NCBI GenBank assembly: GCA_020184695.1
Contig: JAANOX010000266.1
Span: 463 to 64,462, forward strand
Source: Histomonas meleagridis 2922-C6/04-290x
Taxonomy: Eukaryota > Protista > Parabasalia
DNA length: 64,000 nt
Reading direction: 5' to 3'
How positions within the stretch are numbered: position 1 is the first letter of the stretch; the number at the start of each line of letters is the position of its first letter. Both the position numbers and the translations under genes were made by a program. Below the pieces are notes generated by a model, which ran no database searches, had not been told where the DNA came from, and saw only the letters and a program-made list of their open reading frames with translations. Positions 60,584-64,000 of the stretch are shown here, in pieces.

Positions 60584-61672
60584 TGTAATACTTACGATTA
60601 AAAATAAACAATATTTCTGCCTAATGATGTACTTATTATTTATTGAAATATTAAGATTTTTGATAAAACATGACAGATAATAAAACCTTATATTATAACA
60701 AAATGAAAAAATCGTTCTATTACATTATTACAAATTTGAATATATAAATAAATATTCAACTGTTTTTAACTTTTATTGGTTAATCAATAAGTTTAGTTCA
60801 TATCAAATCTAAAAATTCGAATTTTTCAATAATGCAAAATTATAATTAATGTCGTATCTCAGTTTTATACTTGGGTTTATATTTTGTAATTATCTTTATT
60901 TATTTAAATAATGTTGTTTAAATTCTAAAAATACGATTAAAACTCATTGAAAAAAGCCTAAAAGTCAAAACAAGAAAATAGGTTTTGAAAAATATTCATT
61001 TCGTAATTATATAGATTAAATCCAATTTATTATTAGTAAAAAAATTACATGGATGTATAAATTATATAAACAGAGTATAATATTAATATTTATTGAAATG
61101 TGTTCGCAAATTACATTTAAAATTTTTATCTTCAAATTTTCAATATCTCTCTATCATTTGATTTTGATTTATTATGCGATTATATATTTGTAATTTATTT
61201 TGTTTTATCACTTATATTCATCCCTCTCTATTCATTTTAAAATTTATTTTTTTATATTGAATGCAATTTGATCGATTTGAATTCAATTTTTTTGATGTGC
61301 TTTTTGATGCATATTCCGTTTTTTGTTTTTTCTCTCTTATTTTCTTGGATTCTAAATTTGTTTCATAAAATATATTATCATATTATTAAATGGAATTTCG
61401 CATATTAATTTCAGGATTGAATTTTGCTTTCATGATGATTTTTTCATCATTTTTCTTAATTTTCTTCCTTTTCTTAATTTTCTTCAATTTTTTCTTTTTC
61501 AGGACCATATAAAGAAAAATAATAAGAATGTAATATAACAACGATTTTTTCATCTTATTTTAATATAAAATTTAATTATCTGTCATATTTTATCAAAAAT
61601 CTTAATATTTCAATAAACAATAAGTACATCATTAGGTCGAAATATCGTTTATTTTTGATCGTAAGTATTACA
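60584..61672. mobile_element. MITE/foldback-like element family C (about 145-bp TIRs, about 1.1 kb)
   Basis: TGTAATACTTACGAT... at 60584-60725 is the reverse complement of ...ATCGTAAGTATTACA at 61527-61672. Interior non-coding; no clear TSD. Confidence 0.75.
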
Positions 61673-63068
61673 CAAGTATCCCAGACGTACACTAGTACTT
61701 GAATTAATTTTTGAATATTTCAAAATTATCCAAACTAAAAAATAATAAATAATTCCCATATGGAATTTTATATAAAAGCTATTCATAAAAAAAATTAGTA
61801 TAATTATGATAATATAATTTCATAATAGTTTATACGACTTATTTTATATTTCTTCAATTTTAAATCTCTAAATTATATGATGTTTTTTAATAATAAAAAT
61901 ATACAAAATTTAACAAAATCCAAAATATTATTTCGAAAAATTCAATAATTAAAATAGATATAAAAGCAAGTCTCATAATTTATTAAAGTTTGGATTTATT
62001 TTTTGCCGAAGGTGAAAAATATAGAAATTTTTTTCTCAATCAGTTGATATCATTTCACATGTTCAAGCGGTTATAAGTCAAATTTGAATGTATGGACGTA
62101 TAAAAATCACTCAATCAGCTCATATCGTTCTCAATAACAATTTTAGATTAAAGCTCAAGAAACCGTGGTATTGAATCATATTCGGAAAAATAGAGAAATC
62201 AACATCATTACATATAATGTCAAATAAGTTGAAAAATGTAATATATTCAAAATTGAGTAGCACATGAGTAATATGAGATAAAAGGAATCGATAAATGTAT
62301 CTCAAGTCAGTATTTTAAAGATAAGTTGCAAATTGCATTTGTATAGATATTTATTTATTTATTCAATAAAATTGAACAATCTGCTAATATACAAAAAAAA
62401 AAAAAATACATCAAATAAACCCAATGATTGAGAATCGTTTTTTAGAAAAAAATGTATCGTTTGTCCCAAGATACCCCAATAATATGTATCTACACAGAAA
62501 CTAATATGATTCTATTTATCATTTTTTTCCTTTTTTCTTATTACTCTACACCTAATTTTTTTTCACTTTTTATTTTTTTTTTAATTTTTTTTTAATTTTT
62601 TTTTATAAATTTCATGTAAATTGATATCTAATTCCTTCTAATTTATATACAAAAGAATGATATTGAAATTAAATTTTAATCAGCCACTATATATATGCCT
62701 TAGCATTCTATTATGCATTATTTATAATATAAATAAACTCTAAGAGTATCTATATATTATATAAAATGAAAAGTATTTAATATATATATAGAATTAGAAA
62801 TATATTAATTCTAGCAAGCAAAATTTTAATTTTAATATATCCAATGATCTTTTCACTGAAAAACTTGGAAAGTTTTGAATAGTTTATATGTCCAGCGGCT
62901 GATATTTTAAACTGAGTTTTTAAATCTGGGCTGTCGGTTTTATTGAAATATGTTTGAAAAAAAGACGATAAGCGATGGTACTCAGATAACATCTATCCAA
63001 AATCCTCAGAATTTTTTATAAGGTATCATAATTCTTTTATTGAAAATTACTTTTTGAGCAGCCCAAAT

Positions 63069-63404
63069 TTATTTTGAATGAAAATTTTCAACTTTTTCAA
63101 AAAAACATGGGTTGCAAAAATTTTTAAATGCTCGAGCACGAATTTTGATCGCAAATTCTTTAATTTCATTTTTCGGTCTCCCCAACTTAGTACACCACCG
63201 TCCATATGGTGGTGGGGTTTTTTTGTTCCACTTCGCTAATTTCTTCAAAATATATTGTTGTTCGGATTCAGTAAATTCCTTACCTTCTTTTTTATAGAAG
63301 CTTGGAAGATTTGGGTCCCAGTTTGCGATCATCTCAGACTTAGAATACAATGGATATTCATCAAGGATGACAGGATCATTCGTGAAGCGATGTTCTTTGC
63401 TCAT
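63069..63404 (-). CDS. Myb/SANT-like ORF in frame with the Tc1 transposase
   Basis: EFTESEQQYILKK...W....YGRW..KLGRPKNEIKE resembles Myb R3 (FT.EE...I...W...LPGRTDNEIKN). Confidence 0.5.
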   Translation of the reverse strand: MSKEHRFTNDPVILDEYPLYSKSEMIANWDPNLPSFYKKEGKEFTESEQQYILKKLAKWNKKTPPPYGRWCTKLGRPKNEIKEFAIKIRARAFKNFCNPCFFEKVENFHSK

Positions 63405-63410
63405 TCGGAG

Positions 63411-63851
63411 TTAATCGTTTATGCATTCTCCGTTTAAGTTACAAACAATTTTGATTCTGTCTCGAAAACTTAACACTAGATTATTTATCACATACATTGG
63501 TATCTCATCCCATATTTGCTTAAGAAGTTCTATTAATTGTTGCTTATTGTCTATTTGATGTTTTGCTACAATTCGCTTCATGTACCCCCACAGGTGCTCG
63601 ATCGGATTTAGATCGGGGCTATTTGCTGGCCATACCTTTACGAAGTTTAACCTTTGTTGAAGCCATCGAAGTGTACATTTTGCACTATGTGCAGGTGCAC
63701 CGTCTTGAATAAAGATGTAATTATTTGAGTTTGAATTTAACATTCCGCTGGAAATAATGTTTTTTTGATAATTTACAGCATCAATTGAAGTATCACAAAT
63801 AACCAAATTACTTTTGAAGTTCAATCCAATGGCAGCATAACACACACACAC
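63411..63851 (-). mobile_element. Tc1-family DD34E transposase, 5'-truncated
   Basis: FIQDGAPAH...WPANSPDLNPIEHLW with 34 residues between D and E. The first D and the HTH are missing. Confidence 0.9.
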
Positions 63852-63898
63852 ACAGCGCTATTGAAGCTTCGCGTGATACGCTCGCTTCAAGCCGCGCT
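63841..63898. other. (CA)7 tract plus GC-rich imperfect hairpin at the transposase breakpoint
   Basis: agcgc/gcgct, ttgaagc/gcttcaa and gcgt/acgc stems with a GAT loop. Confidence 0.8.
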
Positions 63899-64000
63899 AC
63901 ATAAACTAAAGGATGAACGGCTAAAATCGATTGAATTATCATAAATCGGTTGGTTTTGATTGAAAGTAATAAAATATATTTAAATTCATGATGACATTTA

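Noticed and set aside
1-64000. tRNA, rRNA, snRNA or Fanzor/TnpB genes
   Set aside because: No cloverleaf, rRNA-like segment or RuvC/zinc-ribbon ORF recognised by eye. A covariance-model or HMM scan would be needed to exclude them formally.

Overview
Very AT-rich eukaryotic DNA, most likely from a parabasalid (Trichomonas/Tritrichomonas/Histomonas-like). This is inferred from BspA surface genes, trichomonad-type MULE, Maverick-like and metacaspase sequences, a 23-nt intron, Myb-type/Inr-like core promoter motifs and near-exclusive TAA stops. Bases 1-14.3 kb are a compact, intact housekeeping cluster: LRR protein, proteasome beta-2, PP2A B56, EAF, Tctex1, SBDS, RING, PRCC, Notchless, PDI-like and an LRR/acidic protein, ending in a stand-alone Prim-Pol gene. 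From 14.8 kb most long genes carry stops or frameshifts (HECT ligase, GT47, HSP70, BspA, metacaspase, a transglutaminase-like surface protein). They are interleaved with nested transposon debris: ISL2EU/Harbinger, MULE, Tc1 and two long-TIR foldback families. The most unusual parts are (i) a Maverick/Polinton-like relic at 32.9-41.5 kb with a family-B polymerase that appears to lack the exonuclease and TPR1 regions, plus an inverted duplicated gene cassette; (ii) a mosaic surface protein made of a Cys-less transglutaminase fold, a bacterial BspA-type cap and three GA-like modules; (iii) a Tc1 DD34E transposase in frame with a Myb-like domain; and (iv) foldback elements whose two arms co-vary. 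All family assignments come from motif recognition by eye; no searches were run.
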